51,690 bases of DNA from Chromera velia. Lineage: Eukaryota. A program made the translations under genes and the position numbers. Of the stretch, positions 49,901-51,690 are shown piece by piece (position 1 is the stretch's first letter; each line of letters opens with the position of its first letter). The DNA lies in the NCBI GenBank assembly GCA_018398765.1, contig JAHBMJ010000297.1, forward strand, positions 1-51,690. Reading direction: 5' to 3'. The notes beneath the pieces were generated by a model. It was not told the DNA's origin. It saw nothing but the letters and a program-made list of their open reading frames with translations, and made no database searches.

Positions 49901-50281
49901 GACTCCCCCCTCACCGACGACTTCCCCCCAAAACCCGAAAACAGAAGGCCGCGCCGTCCAGTCTCCCCAGAGGGCACACAGCGCGCCGCCGCACAGGCAT
50001 CGTTGGATGTTGACGCGCCCCAGTTTGAGCCCACGCGTCCAACTGTGGCCTCAATGGAGAAGCAAATGGGGAAAGAGGCATTGAAGAGAGCTTTTGGGAT
50101 TGACAGTTTTGAAGAATTAGATGCTCAGCGAAAGGTGATTAAAGAGGCAAAGGAGGAAGCAGCGAGGGAAGAGATGAGAGAACGGGCAGCAGCTGCGGCA
50201 GCAGCAGAGGAGGCAGCAGCGGAAGAGAAAGCGAAAATTAAAGTGACCATGAGGCAGCCAGACGAAGCTTCAGTGTTGTGA
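46946..50281 (+). CDS. LSMT: Plastid-targeted SET-domain lysine N-methyltransferase (Rubisco LSMT / fructose-bisphosphate aldolase methyltransferase family)
   Basis: Exons 46946-47888, 48328-48629 and 49070-50281, all phase-compatible. Motifs: GIGLFATK, PLMDFCNH, PGEEVLCNYG, YGF, DAFLLEPVF..VW..PV..NE, EYYHERRLRSLGL. The N-terminal signal peptide ends GEA|F and is followed by a transit-like stretch. Confidence 0.88.
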
Positions 50282-50599
50282 TTGATGCATGGCAGTAACA
50301 CTATCGCGTCTGCTTAAATATATTTCTTGTCGATGGCGGGTTTGTGTAGATCGTGAGCGGCTGACAGCCCCCGCAGTGGACAAGTTCCAGGACAACAGTT
50401 TGAGTTCATGACCTGACTCCATAGCTAGCTGCATATAGAGTGTTCTGACAGGCGCCAGCGAAAGACGTGATTTGCCGAAGATGCAAAAGATGTTTGATTT
50501 GTTGCGTGTAAGCGTACATGTATGTGCTGCAGTTTTGTCTGACGCACCCACTGTATGGCAGTGACCAGGCAGTCTCTGTGCCAGACGTATACTTCTTCA

Positions 50600-51690
50600 A
50601 TTTTTTATCTTCTTTGCCGTAGCCTTTGTCATAATATGGTTTCAGTATTTCAAATCACAGCATATCACAAATTCACAATATGTATACCAATATGTTAAGT
50701 TCATTTTGGAATTGAATATGATCCACTTTTGAATTTGATAACATTCTAGATAACATTCGACTTAAAATAAATTATTGAATTGATCTGTTCATTTTGATCA
50801 TTGGACGACTGAACCGTAAAAGACTAATCGAGTAAAACCTAGAGTGTTGCAATATAGCCAGATGTGTTCCACTAGGTGTTCCACTGTTGCATAGAGGGAT
50901 AACTAGAGCTAGAACTAGAGGGATGATTGATTTACTAGGAACATATCTCAAATACATCTCCCGCAACTTCGAGAAATCATTAACTTAAAATCTGCATCAG
51001 CAGGATTATCGCCGGGATAACTCAAACCTGATTTTCCTAATAATTATTGGTTTATAACCATTATTTAAAAAAATAATAATTATATGGATCATAAATAAAA
51101 ATACGTTTGACAAGCCCTAGGGAGCTTAATCAAAGTTTTAAAACACATTATTTTAAGAACTTTAATTTGTTTTTCACCTAAAAACACTTCATAAATCTGA
51201 TAAAATTTTATGGTAAAGTTGAGGGTTTTGCATAATGATTATGGCTTATTACCGGTTTGGGATAATTATTATTGCTATTATCTAAATAATGGCCTTATTA
51301 CAATAATCATTATTGAGTTAAATAGTGACCATGTTTGATTTGATTATATTTGATTTGATTTGATTTGAGCTTCAACCTCAAATATTTGATATTTGAGGTA
51401 AGATTTGAGGTTAACCTCTTAGGGTTCCTCACTGAGTCACTGACTTACTGTCACTCTGATCATTGTTCTCATGACAATAGTTATCAGAACATTTCTGATG
51501 TATGTTTCAAAAATTTAAAAAAATATATATAAAATTATAACTTATCAGTTCCATAAAAAAAATATGCCTGTGTGGCAGTGTATATACACTAGTCACTGAG
51601 ACTCACTCTAGTACTAATAGAGATTAAGAACGTAAAATTGATAGATTTGAAATTGCATATGACTTTTTGTTGATACGATAAAGTTAGAGC
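50600..51690. mobile_element. AT-rich, TpA-rich degenerate repeat region
   Basis: Low GC, CTAG-rich, ATAAT/ATTAT short repeats and (ATTTG)n at about 51333-51368. No ORF. Confidence 0.4.

Overview
Eukaryotic, intron-rich genomic DNA with GT-AG introns, long pyrimidine tracts and intronic microsatellites. The intron style, a plastid-targeted LSMT gene and TGCATG-rich promoters suggest a photosynthetic alveolate such as Chromera velia (inference only). Five apparently intact host genes are present: (1) the 3' part of a giant DUF3638/DUF3645 protein (10 exons seen); (2) an intronless bacterial-type M14/succinylglutamate-desuccinylase-family hydrolase; (3) a secreted protein with tandem knottin-like Cys modules, RRL motifs and FG-GAP repeats; (4) a TSSC4-like gene; (5) a plastid-targeted SET-domain LSMT gene. 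Between them lie decayed mobile DNAs: a Dada-type (DUF6729) DDE transposase pseudogene with introns, a full-length but dead Ty1/copia element nested in a small TIR element, satellites and AT-rich relics. The most striking signal is that this repetitive DNA, but not the host genes, carries a strongly biased CpA->TpA (plus CpG->TpG) mutation pattern on both strands. This resembles fungal repeat-induced point mutation (RIP), but the genome does not look fungal.
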